NCBI GenBank assembly: GCA_016192455.1
Contig: JACPUC010000030.1
Coordinates: forward strand, 124,001 to 155,453
Direction: 5' to 3'
DNA length: 31,453 bases
Source of the DNA: Candidatus Tectimicrobiota bacterium
Lineage (GTDB): Bacteria > JACPUC01
Notes under the pieces: model-generated
Database searches by the model: none
Seen by the model: only the letters and a program-made list of their open reading frames with translations
What the model was told of the DNA's origin: nothing
Program-made: the position numbers and the translations under genes
Shown: positions 9,476 to 18,412 of the stretch, in pieces
Position numbering within the stretch: position 1 is the first letter of the stretch
Layout: each line of letters begins with the position of its first letter

Positions 9476-9683
9476 TCCCTGGCTGGGGGAGGTCTTGCCA
9501 GCCAGGGGTTGCGGCAGTGAGCGGTTCGCAGTCAGGGCATGCTCCCGTGGGAGAGCATGGGGCGTCAAGCGGAGATGACGCCGATCCCTGCTGAGGCTTC
9601 CGAGGCGTCGCCCAGATCGTTGCATCGGGAGCGTGGACTGGGCGGCGGGAAGATTCGGGTTCCTCTCTCTCGAGGAGGCGCCT

Positions 9684-9749
9684 ATGAGGCTGATCCATAT
9701 CAAGGCCACCCTGCGAGCGCTGACGGGGAACTTCAAGTATCCGTACTAA
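9684..9749 (+). CDS. Small peptide 2 (21 aa, MRLIHIKATLRALTGNFKYPY), unknown function
   Basis: Strong GAGGAGG SD at 9672-9678; shares A-x-x-G-x-F-K-[FY]-P-x-stop with peptide 1, with synonymous third-position differences. Confidence 0.65.
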   Translation: MRLIHIKATLRALTGNFKYPY

Positions 9750-9855
9750 TCCCTGGCCGCAAGGTTGCGCGCGGGCCAGGGTCACCCAAGCCAGCGAGAT
9801 CAGAGCACCCGAAGCCGCGAGCTTCGGATAAGGATGGATCCCGAAAAGGGGTCAC

Positions 9856-9881
9856 GGCGCCGCGCAAGCGGCGCCTTTTTT
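9856..9881 (+). terminator. Rho-independent terminator
   Basis: Perfect stem GGCGCCGC-GCAA-GCGGCGCC followed by TTTTTT. Confidence 0.88.
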
Positions 9882-9908
9882 GCTTTGCGGCGGCCCCCAT
9901 ACTATAAA
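9880..9908 (+). promoter_or_regulatory. Possible sigma70 promoter for rnr
   Basis: TTGCTT-N17-TATAAA overlapping the terminator T-tract. Confidence 0.35.
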
Positions 9909-9987
9909 AGGTACGCTGCGCTTTGCCTCCTCCTTGCGCTACACTCCCACAGGTCACCCTTACCTCGCTGGTCAAAGCTTCCGATCC

Positions 9988-12279
9988 ATGATGGTTTCAG
10001 AAGACGAGATCCTCGATTTCCTGCGCCGCATGGCGCCGCGCGCCGTGCCGGCGAAGGAGCTTTACCGCGCCTTGGGCGTGCAGCCTGACGAACGGCGGAG
10101 CCTCAAACGCCTGCTGCGCGAGCTCGCCGCCAACGGCCAGGTCGCCCGCCTGAAGGGGGCGCGCTTTGCCCTCGCGAACAGCTTGCGGGGCGGCAGGCTG
10201 CGGGGCGTCTTCCGCAGCCACCCCAAGGGCTTCGGGTTCGTCACCCCGCACGACCGCGGCATGGAGGACCTCTACATCGCCGCCGCGGCCACCGGCGGCG
10301 CGCTGCATGGCGACGAGGTGGAGGTGCGGCTGCACGCGGCGGGGTTGGGGTCGCGGCGCGCCGGCGAGGTGACCCGGGTGGTCCAGCGCGGCCAGCGCGA
10401 GATCATCGGGCAGCTCCTCAAGGTGCAGCGCCATGCTCTGCTCGTGCCGGTCGACCGGCGCCTGACGGTCGATATCGTCATCCCCTGGAAGGAGCGCAAC
10501 GGCGCCGAGCACGGCCAGATGGTGCTGGCGGAGGTGACCGAGTACCCGACGGCGCGCCGCCCCATGCGCGCCCGCGTGCTGAAGCTGCTCGGCGATCCGG
10601 ACGACCACGAGGTCCTCGCCCAGATCATCCTGCACGAGCACGGCGTCACGCAGGAGTTTCCCCGCGCCGTCGTGGAGGCCGCGGCCGCCTGCCCCGAGCG
10701 CATCCCCGCCTCCGAGCCGGCCCGCCGCCGCGACCTGCGCCCCTGGCCGTGCGTCACCATCGACGGTGAGACCGCCCGCGACTTCGATGACGCCGTCTCC
10801 GTCCGCCGCCTGGAAGGGGGCGGCTTCGAGCTCGGCGTGCACATCGCCGACGTGAGCTGGTACGTCGAGGAAGGCTCCCCGCTGGACCTCGAGGCCTACG
10901 ACCGCGGCACCAGCATCTACCTCCCGGAGCGCGCCATCCCGATGCTCCCCGAGCGCCTCTCCACCCATCTCTGCAGCCTGCGCCCCGACGCCGACCGCCT
11001 CACCCTCAGCGCCATCATGCGCTTTGACGCCGACGGCGCGCCGCAGGAGGCAGAGCTCTGCGAGTCGGTCATTCGCAGCCGGGCGCGCTTGACCTACACG
11101 GCCATCCAGCAGCTCTTCGCGCGTTTGGATGCGGAGCGGGCCGCCGACGGAGGCGCGGCCAAATCCAAGGTTGCCGCGCGAAGCGCCCGCGCCGCCTCCG
11201 CCGACGAGCCGCCCGCGGAGCTGCACGACGACCTCCTGACCATGCGCGAACTCGCCCACTTGCTGCGGGCACGGCGCATGCGCGCCGGCAGCCTCGACTT
11301 CGACCTGCCGGAGCCGGACTTCATTCTCGATGAGAGCGGCAGCATCGTGCACATCGAGGAGCTGGCGGCGGACGAGGCGCACCACCTCATCGAGGAGTTC
11401 ATGCTGGCGGCCAACCGCACGGTGGCCCGGCAGCTCCGCGCCCGCAAGATCCCCCTGCCGTACCGCATCCACGAGCCGCCGCCGCCCAACAAGGTCGCCC
11501 TGCTGGGCGACGTCATGACGCGCTTCGGACACCGCTTCGAGGTGGATCCCCAGGCGCCGAACCAGAAGGAGCTGCAGGCCCTCCTCGATGCCGTGCGCGA
11601 CACGCCGGAGGCGCGCATCCTGCACACGCTGGTGCTGCGCACCATGAAGCAGGCGCGCTACGACACCTTCAACGTCGGCCACTTCGGGCTTGCCTTCGAC
11701 CTCTACACCCACTTCACCTCGCCGATCCGCCGCTACCCCGATCTGCTCGTGCACCGCCACCTGCGCCGCTTCTTCTTCCAGGGCGAGCCGGTGCCGGAGG
11801 AGAGCCTCTGGCACGAGCGCCTGGCGGCGGCCGCGCGCACCGCCTCCGAGCGCGAGCGCCGCGCCGACCGCGTCGAAAACGCCGTCAACGACCTGAAAAC
11901 CGCCGCCTATATGGCCAACCACCTGGGCGAGGAGTACGAAGGGTTCATTACCGACTTGGTGAGCTTTGGCTTCTTCGTCGAGCTCACCACGCTCTTCGTG
12001 CACGGCCTCGTGCACCTCGCCACCCTGCGCGACGACCACTACCTCCTCGACGAGGAGACGTTCTCCTTGGTCGGAGTGCGCACGGGGCGCGTCTTCCACC
12101 TCGGAGACCGGGTGCGCATCAGGGTGCGCCAGGCGGACCTGCTGCGACGCCGCATTGACTTCGAGCTCCTGGCGGTGCTCGAGCAGCGCCGCTGGACGAG
12201 CCACCCCGGCCGCCAGCGGCACGCGGCCCGGCAGAGTTGGCGAGGCGAACGGCGAGGCGGCGGCAGCCGGCGCCCGTGA
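9988..12279 (+). CDS. rnr: Ribonuclease R
   Basis: N-terminal HTH; CSD 'HPKGFGFV…ALHGDEV'; RNB motifs 'VTIDGETARDFDDA', 'LIEEFMLAAN', 'YTHFTSPIRRYPDL'; C-terminal S1 and basic tail; start ATG 9988 or 9991 uncertain. Confidence 0.96.
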   Translation: MMVSEDEILDFLRRMAPRAVPAKELYRALGVQPDERRSLKRLLRELAANGQVARLKGARFALANSLRGGRLRGVFRSHPKGFGFVTPHDRGMEDLYIAAAATGGALHGDEVEVRLHAAGLGSRRAGEVTRVVQRGQREIIGQLLKVQRHALLVPVDRRLTVDIVIPWKERNGAEHGQMVLAEVTEYPTARRPMRARVLKLLGDPDDHEVLAQIILHEHGVTQEFPRAVVEAAAACPERIPASEPARRRDLRPWPCVTIDGETARDFDDAVSVRRLEGGGFELGVHIADVSWYVEEGSPLDLEAYDRGTSIYLPERAIPMLPERLSTHLCSLRPDADRLTLSAIMRFDADGAPQEAELCESVIRSRARLTYTAIQQLFARLDAERAADGGAAKSKVAARSARAASADEPPAELHDDLLTMRELAHLLRARRMRAGSLDFDLPEPDFILDESGSIVHIEELAADEAHHLIEEFMLAANRTVARQLRARKIPLPYRIHEPPPPNKVALLGDVMTRFGHRFEVDPQAPNQKELQALLDAVRDTPEARILHTLVLRTMKQARYDTFNVGHFGLAFDLYTHFTSPIRRYPDLLVHRHLRRFFFQGEPVPEESLWHERLAAAARTASERERRADRVENAVNDLKTAAYMANHLGEEYEGFITDLVSFGFFVELTTLFVHGLVHLATLRDDHYLLDEETFSLVGVRTGRVFHLGDRVRIRVRQADLLRRRIDFELLAVLEQRRWTSHPGRQRHAARQSWRGERRGGGSRRP

Positions 12280-12549
12280 GCAGCGATGCGCGGAGGTGGG
12301 CAAGTTCTCCCTTCTTGCCGCGTCCAGACTACGTGAGGGGGTGGAGCCGCTGGCAGGTGCTCCCAGCCACTGCGCGCCAGGGAGCAGTGCGACGCGCCTC
12401 GCCGGACCCGCTCCCTACTTCAGCGAGGAGAAAAATTTCTCCCGCGCGGTGCGGCAACGTCATAAACTGGGAAGGAGGAACCGAGATTTTACGGCGCCGG
12501 TAGCTTTTCAGAGAGGCTCTGCATGGTCACACCAGTGGGGGGTGGGGAG

Positions 12550-13527
12550 ATGTGGAGACAGGCAGGAGGGAGGCTCGTTGCGACTCGTGTCGTCAGGGGG
12601 TGGCCCGGCTTCCCGAGCGTCGCTGCGACGGCTCGCCGGGGCTTCGGGGTGGCGCTGAGCGTGGGCCTGGCGCTGCTCCTTTTCAGCACCGCCGCCGCGG
12701 CCCGCTGCCGGCAGCAGAGCCTGGTGCGCGGCCCCTCGCTCTACCAGCTCGATCCGGCGGGGCCATGGCGCCGCGCGGTCGCGGCCAGCCCGCCGGAAGA
12801 TCGCTTCGCCGGCGTGCCGCGCCGCGCTTCCTGGTCCAGCGCCTCCTCCTTGCCTTCGTTCCTGGCAGCCGAGAGCCCCCGGGTGGCGCTCACGTGGTAC
12901 GGCCATAGCTTCTTCCGCCTGCTCACCGAAGGGGGCACGAGCATCGCCATGGACCCGTTCCACGGCGACCTCGGGCTGCCTCTGCCGGAGGTTGACGCCC
13001 ATGCCGTCACCGTGGGGCGCGAGCATCGCAACCACAACAACGTCGCCTTGCCGCGCGGCGAGCCGCTCATCCTGCGCGGCGTGGACCTCGAGGCGGGCGG
13101 CTGGTGGCGGGTTGACCAGCAGGTGCGCGAGGTGCGCATCTCCGGGGTGCCGATCTACCAGCGCGCCTACTGGGGGGAGATGGTGAACGGCAGCGCCTTC
13201 CTCTTCGAGGTCGGCGACCTTTGCATCGCCCACCTGGGCGACATCGGCAGCGAGTTGAGTCCCGCCCAGCTCGAGAACTTCGGCTCCATTGACGTGGCCC
13301 TGGTTCCCATCGGCGGCCGCTACAGCGCCGATCCCGCCACGGCGCGACGCATCCTCGAGCAGCTTCGGCCGAAGATCGCCGTCCCCATGCACTACTGGGA
13401 CAGCGAGTACAACCTCGGCGAGTTCGTGAAGGGCTTTCCGCGCGTCTACGAGCTGGGGAGCAACCATCTCACCGTGCTCAAGAGCTCCCTCCCCTCCGAG
13501 ACGACCATCCTCATCATGCGCCATTGA
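12550..13527 (+). CDS. MBL-fold metallo-hydrolase-like protein, probably exported
   Basis: 'LTWYGHSFFRL…IAMDPF', 'IAHLGDIG', 'IDVALVPIGG', 'PKIAVPMHY'; hydrophobic N-terminal segment; start uncertain. Confidence 0.8.
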   Translation: MWRQAGGRLVATRVVRGWPGFPSVAATARRGFGVALSVGLALLLFSTAAAARCRQQSLVRGPSLYQLDPAGPWRRAVAASPPEDRFAGVPRRASWSSASSLPSFLAAESPRVALTWYGHSFFRLLTEGGTSIAMDPFHGDLGLPLPEVDAHAVTVGREHRNHNNVALPRGEPLILRGVDLEAGGWWRVDQQVREVRISGVPIYQRAYWGEMVNGSAFLFEVGDLCIAHLGDIGSELSPAQLENFGSIDVALVPIGGRYSADPATARRILEQLRPKIAVPMHYWDSEYNLGEFVKGFPRVYELGSNHLTVLKSSLPSETTILIMRH

Positions 13528-13547
13528 CTTCGGAGCCGGCGCGGGCG

Positions 13548-14354
13548 CTAGACCTGCGCCCCCATGCTGTAATACCAGTGGCAGAGGCGACGGCCGGCCA
13601 GCCCCACCAGGCGGTCGAAGGTGTACCCGAAGACGGCGATGGTGAGGATGCCGACGAAGACTTCGTCGGTGCGCAGCATGCGCTGCCGGAAGAGGATGAG
13701 AAAACCGAGGCCGCTGCTGGAGGCGACCATCTCGGCGACGAAGAGGAGCGCCCAGGTGAGCGCCATGGAGATGCGCAGGCCGGCGAATATCTGCGGCAGA
13801 ACGTGCGGCAGCACGACGCGGCGCAGCACCTCCCCCTTCGTGGCGCCCATGCTGAGCGCCGCCCAGACCATCTGCTTGCTCACCCCCTGCACCCCGGCGG
13901 AGGTGTTGATGATGAGGGGGAAGACGGTGGCCAGGAAGATGACGGCAACCTTCGATTCCTCGCCGATGCCGAACCAGACCATGAGGAGGGGGACGAAGCC
14001 GACCTTTGGAATGGGGTAGATGATCGACACGATGGGGTCAAAGAAGCCGCCGACCTGCCGGAACCAGCCCATGCAGAGGCCCAGCGGAATGCCGATGAGG
14101 ACGGCGCTGCTGAAGCCCAGCATCGCCCGCTGCATACTGGCGGTGACATGCCAGACGAGGTTGCCATACAGGCTCAGCTCGTACCACTTTCCGAGGACCT
14201 GCGTGAACGGTGGCATGAAGACATCGGAGACGAACCCCGAGCGTCCGATGATCTCCCAAAGGAGGAACACGGCAAGCAGGGAGTAGTAGCGGCGGAGAAG
14301 CCTCAGGAGCAGGGGAGATTCCCGAGCCGTTGCAGCCGCCGCAGCCTCAGCCAC
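13548..14354 (-). CDS. ABC transporter permease, NitT/TauT (SsuC/TauC-like)
   Basis: Multiple TM helices; 'YPIPKVGFVPLLMVWFGIGE'; EAA-like 'AALSMGAT'; 'AEMVASSSGLG'; GTG start with GAGGAGG SD. Confidence 0.92.
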   Translation of the reverse strand: MAEAAAAATARESPLLLRLLRRYYSLLAVFLLWEIIGRSGFVSDVFMPPFTQVLGKWYELSLYGNLVWHVTASMQRAMLGFSSAVLIGIPLGLCMGWFRQVGGFFDPIVSIIYPIPKVGFVPLLMVWFGIGEESKVAVIFLATVFPLIINTSAGVQGVSKQMVWAALSMGATKGEVLRRVVLPHVLPQIFAGLRISMALTWALLFVAEMVASSSGLGFLILFRQRMLRTDEVFVGILTIAVFGYTFDRLVGLAGRRLCHWYYSMGAQV

Positions 14355-14549
14355 CTCCGGCGTCCTCCTCAGTCTGAACCTCGCACCTGATACACGCCCC
14401 TCCCCGCGAGCTGCACAGCAGCTCGCGCAGGGGTGCGCCTGCCCGCGCGTCGCACGCAGTCAGGCGAAGGGGCGTGGCTCCCTCGCTCCACAAGGTCTCG
14501 CTGACCGGGAGCCAAGCTGACACCCCCCGATGGACGTGCGACTCCCCCC

Positions 14550-15398
14550 TTAACGGTCACCCTTCTCGAATCCCATGGCGAAGTACCAGTGGCAGAGCCG
14601 GCGGCTGAGGAGGCGCAGCAGCCGATCGCAGCCGAACCCAAAACCGCCGATGCAGATGAGGCCAACGAGCACCACATCGGTGCGCAGCTCGTTCTCGCCC
14701 ATCAGCGTGAGGAAGCCGAGGCCGCGATCTGAGGCGAGCATCTCCGCCGAGAAGAGGAGGATCCATGACACGCCCATCGCCAGGCGCAAGCCGGTGAAGA
14801 TGTGCGGCAGCGTGCTGGGGAAAATGATCCGGCGGAAGATCTCCTGGCGCGTCGCTCCCATGGAGAGAGCCGACCAGACCAGATGCTTGCTCGTTCCCTT
14901 CACCCCGGCGTAGGTGTTCACGAGCAGCGGGAAGATGGCCGCCACGATGATGATCGCCAGCTTGGAAAGCTCGCCGATGCCCAACCACAAGATGAAGAGA
15001 GGGATGAGCGCCACCTTCGGGATGGGGTAGGCAAAGGAGATGAGGCGGTCGAGAATCTCCTCGCCGCGCTTTGTCAGCCCCCAGATGAGGCCAAGCGGGA
15101 TGCCGACCACCATGACGATGATGAAGCTGGTAAGGGCGCGAAAGGCGCTCGTGGCGATATGGCCGAAAATCTCGCCGCTGCCGAGGAGGTCAGCGAAGGC
15201 ATGCGCGACGCTCTGCACCGACGGCAGGGTGAGCTCATCCACGAGGCCAAAGCGTCCCAACGCCTCCCAGAGAAGAACCAGGACGGCCAGGGGATAGTAG
15301 CGGCCGACGTGCCGTAGAAGTCTCGCCAGGAACAAACCCCGCTGTTCAGCGCGCCCGGTGGCGATTCCGGCGCTCGGCTCGGCGCTCCCTGCCGCCAT
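14550..15398 (-). CDS. ABC transporter permease, NitT/TauT (SsuC/TauC-like)
   Basis: 'YPIPKVALIPLFILWLGIGE', 'SALSMGAT', 'AEMLASDRGLG'; AGGAG SD before ATG 15398. Confidence 0.92.
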   Translation of the reverse strand: MAAGSAEPSAGIATGRAEQRGLFLARLLRHVGRYYPLAVLVLLWEALGRFGLVDELTLPSVQSVAHAFADLLGSGEIFGHIATSAFRALTSFIIVMVVGIPLGLIWGLTKRGEEILDRLISFAYPIPKVALIPLFILWLGIGELSKLAIIIVAAIFPLLVNTYAGVKGTSKHLVWSALSMGATRQEIFRRIIFPSTLPHIFTGLRLAMGVSWILLFSAEMLASDRGLGFLTLMGENELRTDVVLVGLICIGGFGFGCDRLLRLLSRRLCHWYFAMGFEKGDR

Positions 15399-15790
15399 AT
15401 CCTGGCTCCTTTGCTTCGCCAACGAGTAACCCAACAGCATAGCTACCATAGCCCGGGACGTCGCGCAAGCCGAGGCGCGCTCCCGTGGCAGGCTGGTCTT
15501 CCCGTCGTTCGCTTGGGGTCCCGCCCCGGGCGCGCGGCGCTTTACCCGCGCCCCCAGCCGGCAACGAGAGCGTCAACCCAGGCGCTGAAGCGGAGAGCAG
15601 CCCGAGGCCGGCGGGGTGGACCCTCCTGGAACCATGCAGTATAGTGCGGCGTGTGCCGTTCCCCTCCCCGGCGCCGCGCCAGGCGCAGAGTTCGGGCGTC
15701 GTCCGTCATGGGGCGGCGCCAGGGAGTGGAGCCGCGGCGACCCGCGCCTTCCCCGACCGATGCGACGCGACGTTGCTTCCGGAGCACGAC

Positions 15791-17392
15791 ATGGCCGCCT
15801 TCCCCCTCGCCTTCGCTGATCTGCGCGCCTGGATCGACTACCTGGAGCGCCACGGCCAGCTCGCCCGTGTTGAGGCGCCGGTGCACTGGCACTCGGAGCT
15901 TGGGTTGGTGCTGCGGCGCGCCTGGGATGTCTACGGCGATGCGGCGCCAGCCCTCCTCTTCACGAACATCATCGACTACCCGCCGCCGGGGCCGCACCGG
16001 CTCTTCACCGGCGCCCTGCGGGGGCACCACCGCCTGGCCATGCTCATGGGGCTCGATCCGGCGGCCGCCGGGCCGGCCCAGCTCGTCGAGCACCTGCTCG
16101 AGCTCCTCCACGATCGCCGCCGCCACCTGCCTCCCAAGCAGGTGCACGATGGGCCGGTGCTGGAGAACGTGCTGACGGGGGACGCCATCGACCTCTTCCG
16201 CTTTCCCATCCCGCACTGGAACGAGCGCGACGGCGGGCGCTACCTCGGCACCCTGCACTGCGTCATCACGCGCGATCCCGACAGCGGCGCCTGCAACTAC
16301 GGCACCTACCGCATGCAGGCGTTCACGGCGAACGAGGCGGCGATCAACATCTCTCCGTCGCAGCACATCGGCGGGCACTTCGCCAAGCACCTGCGCCGGC
16401 GGCGGCCCATGGAGGCGGCCGTGGTCATCGGCCAGGAGCCGGCGCTGACGCTGCTCGCCACCTGCCCCACCCACGACCCGGTGGCCGAGATCGAGGTCGC
16501 CGGTGCGCTGCGCGGCGCGCCCATCGAGGTGGTGCGCTGCCGCACCGTGGACCTCGAGGTGCCGGCGCATGCGGAGATCGTCGTGGAGGGCTACGTCGAT
16601 TGGCAGGAGCGGCGCATGGAGGGACCGTTCGGGGAGTTCGCCGGCTACCACGGCATGCCCCCGAGCCCGAAGCCGGTCTTCAAGGTCAACGCCGTTCTGC
16701 ACCGCGACGATCCAATCTTCCGCGGCACCCTGGAAGGCCACCCGGTGAATGAGGACCACGTGATGAGCTCGGTGCTCTTCTCGGCTTACTTCACCGAGCT
16801 GCTGCGGCGCCTCGGCGTCCCCGGGGTGCGCCGGGTGGCGATGCCGCTGGATGCCGCCGGCTACGGCCACTGCGTGGTCTCCATCCGCCCCAGCGCGGCC
16901 GGCCAGGCTGATATGATCGCCCACGCGCTGTGGGCCTCGCGTCTCAGCCCCTTCACGGTGAAGCACGTCATCGTCGTGGATGAGGACATCGACCCCTGGA
17001 ACAGCGAGCAGGTGAATTGGTCGATCGCCTGGCGGGTGCGGGCGACCGAGGATATCAAAATCTGGCCGCGGCACCGCAGCCTGCGCACCGACCCGCGCAT
17101 CCCGCCCGAGGAGAAGGATTTCTGCGACCGCATGCTCATCGACGCCACGCGGCCCGTCACCTGGAAACCCCGCAGCCTCTGGGGCTACGAAGGGGTGGAG
17201 AAGGGGCGCCCGCTGCGCTTCCCTCCCTCGACGAAACCGAGCACGGTGTTGGCGCGCCAGGTCAACGATGGGTGGCAGCGTTACGGCATCACCCCCGCGC
17301 CCTGCTACAATGGCAAGCCGGCGGGAATGATGCAGAGCTGGTGGGAGAGCGACCTCATCCAGCAGCACATCGACGGCCGCATGGACCCCTAG
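15791..17392 (+). CDS. UbiD-family (prFMN-dependent) decarboxylase
   Basis: 'DLRAWIDYLERHGQL', 'DGGRYLGT', 'NYGTYRMQ', 'VPAHAEIVVEG', 'EGPFGEFAGY', 'VIVVDEDIDP', 'MLIDAT'; GGAG SD before ATG 15791. Confidence 0.93.
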   Translation: MAAFPLAFADLRAWIDYLERHGQLARVEAPVHWHSELGLVLRRAWDVYGDAAPALLFTNIIDYPPPGPHRLFTGALRGHHRLAMLMGLDPAAAGPAQLVEHLLELLHDRRRHLPPKQVHDGPVLENVLTGDAIDLFRFPIPHWNERDGGRYLGTLHCVITRDPDSGACNYGTYRMQAFTANEAAINISPSQHIGGHFAKHLRRRRPMEAAVVIGQEPALTLLATCPTHDPVAEIEVAGALRGAPIEVVRCRTVDLEVPAHAEIVVEGYVDWQERRMEGPFGEFAGYHGMPPSPKPVFKVNAVLHRDDPIFRGTLEGHPVNEDHVMSSVLFSAYFTELLRRLGVPGVRRVAMPLDAAGYGHCVVSIRPSAAGQADMIAHALWASRLSPFTVKHVIVVDEDIDPWNSEQVNWSIAWRVRATEDIKIWPRHRSLRTDPRIPPEEKDFCDRMLIDATRPVTWKPRSLWGYEGVEKGRPLRFPPSTKPSTVLARQVNDGWQRYGITPAPCYNGKPAGMMQSWWESDLIQQHIDGRMDP

Positions 17393-17450
17393 CGCGGAGA
17401 TGCCGCAGGGCGGCGGTCAGCAGACGGAGAACGGAGAGAAGGGCACGCAC

Positions 17451-18386
17451 ATGCAGTTCGGTTTCCACCTCCCTAATTTGGGGCCGGAGCTCAGCGCCGA
17501 CACGGTCGTGCGCATGGCCTGGCGGGCGGAGGTCTTCGGCTTCGACTCGGTCTGGGTCGTCGAGCGCATCCTGTGGCCGCGGCAGCCGTCCGTTCCCTAT
17601 CCAGGCTCGGACGACGGGAGCGTCCCGGAAAGCTTCCAGAAGGTCTTCGAGCCGCTCAGCCTCCTTGCCTGGCTGGCGCCGCAGATGCAGCGGGCGAGGC
17701 TCGGCACCAGCATCGTGGTGACGGGTGAGCGGCAGCCCGCGGTGCTGGCGAAGACGGCGGCGACGGTGGACGTGCTGTCGAAGGGACGCCTCATCCTGGG
17801 GCTGGGGGTGGGGTGGAATGCCGAGGAGCTGCAGGCGGCCGGGGTTGACTACGAAAGCCGCGGGCGGCGGATGGACGAGGTGCTGAAGCTGCTCGCCCTC
17901 CTGTGGACCGGCGAGGTGGTGAGCTTCCGCGGCGAGTTCTACAGCGTCAACGAGGTGATGTGCGCTCCGGCTCCCGTGCAGAAACCTTACCCCGAGCTCT
18001 GGATGGGCGGCTTCGCCATGGCGGCGGCGCGCCGCGCCGGCACCTGGGGCCGCGCCTGGCACCCGTCGATGCGTCTGCCGGAGCCGGCGCTGCGCAAGGG
18101 CATCGAGGTGATGCGCCGGGCCGCCGAAGCCGCCGGCCGCGATCCCGGCGGCGTCATGCTGGCGCCGCGCGTGGCGCTGCATGTCGGCAAGGAGGAGGGC
18201 CCTCACCGCCAGCGCTTCAACGGCTCGCCGGCCCAGATCGTTGAAGATTGCCAGTACATGCGCCGCCTCGGCGTCACCTACGCCATGCTCGACTTCAACC
18301 TCCCTTACCAGTACCCCATCGGCGAGCAGCAGGAGATGCTGGAGATGCTCGGCCACGAGGTGCTGCCGCTGGCCAAGGAACTTTGA
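17451..18386 (+). CDS. LLM-class (luciferase-like) flavin/F420-dependent oxidoreductase
   Basis: 'AEVFGFDSVWV', 'LAKTAATVDVLSKGRLILGLGVGWN', 'PAPVQKPYPELWMGG'. Confidence 0.92.
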   Translation: MQFGFHLPNLGPELSADTVVRMAWRAEVFGFDSVWVVERILWPRQPSVPYPGSDDGSVPESFQKVFEPLSLLAWLAPQMQRARLGTSIVVTGERQPAVLAKTAATVDVLSKGRLILGLGVGWNAEELQAAGVDYESRGRRMDEVLKLLALLWTGEVVSFRGEFYSVNEVMCAPAPVQKPYPELWMGGFAMAAARRAGTWGRAWHPSMRLPEPALRKGIEVMRRAAEAAGRDPGGVMLAPRVALHVGKEEGPHRQRFNGSPAQIVEDCQYMRRLGVTYAMLDFNLPYQYPIGEQQEMLEMLGHEVLPLAKEL

Positions 18387-18412
18387 GGCGAGGCGGAGTC
18401 GGGCAATTTTGC

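Noticed and set aside
9473-9520. UGA + hairpin as a selenocysteine (SECIS) signal in peptide 1
   Set aside because: The homologous unit uses TAA with the same hairpin base, and readthrough gives only a short featureless extension
9360-9881. tmRNA, RNase P, 6S or SRP RNA next to rnr
   Set aside because: No tRNA-like ends or ANDxxYALAA-type tag, no GAGGAAAGUCC, no SRP GGAA core, and no single long 6S-like rod
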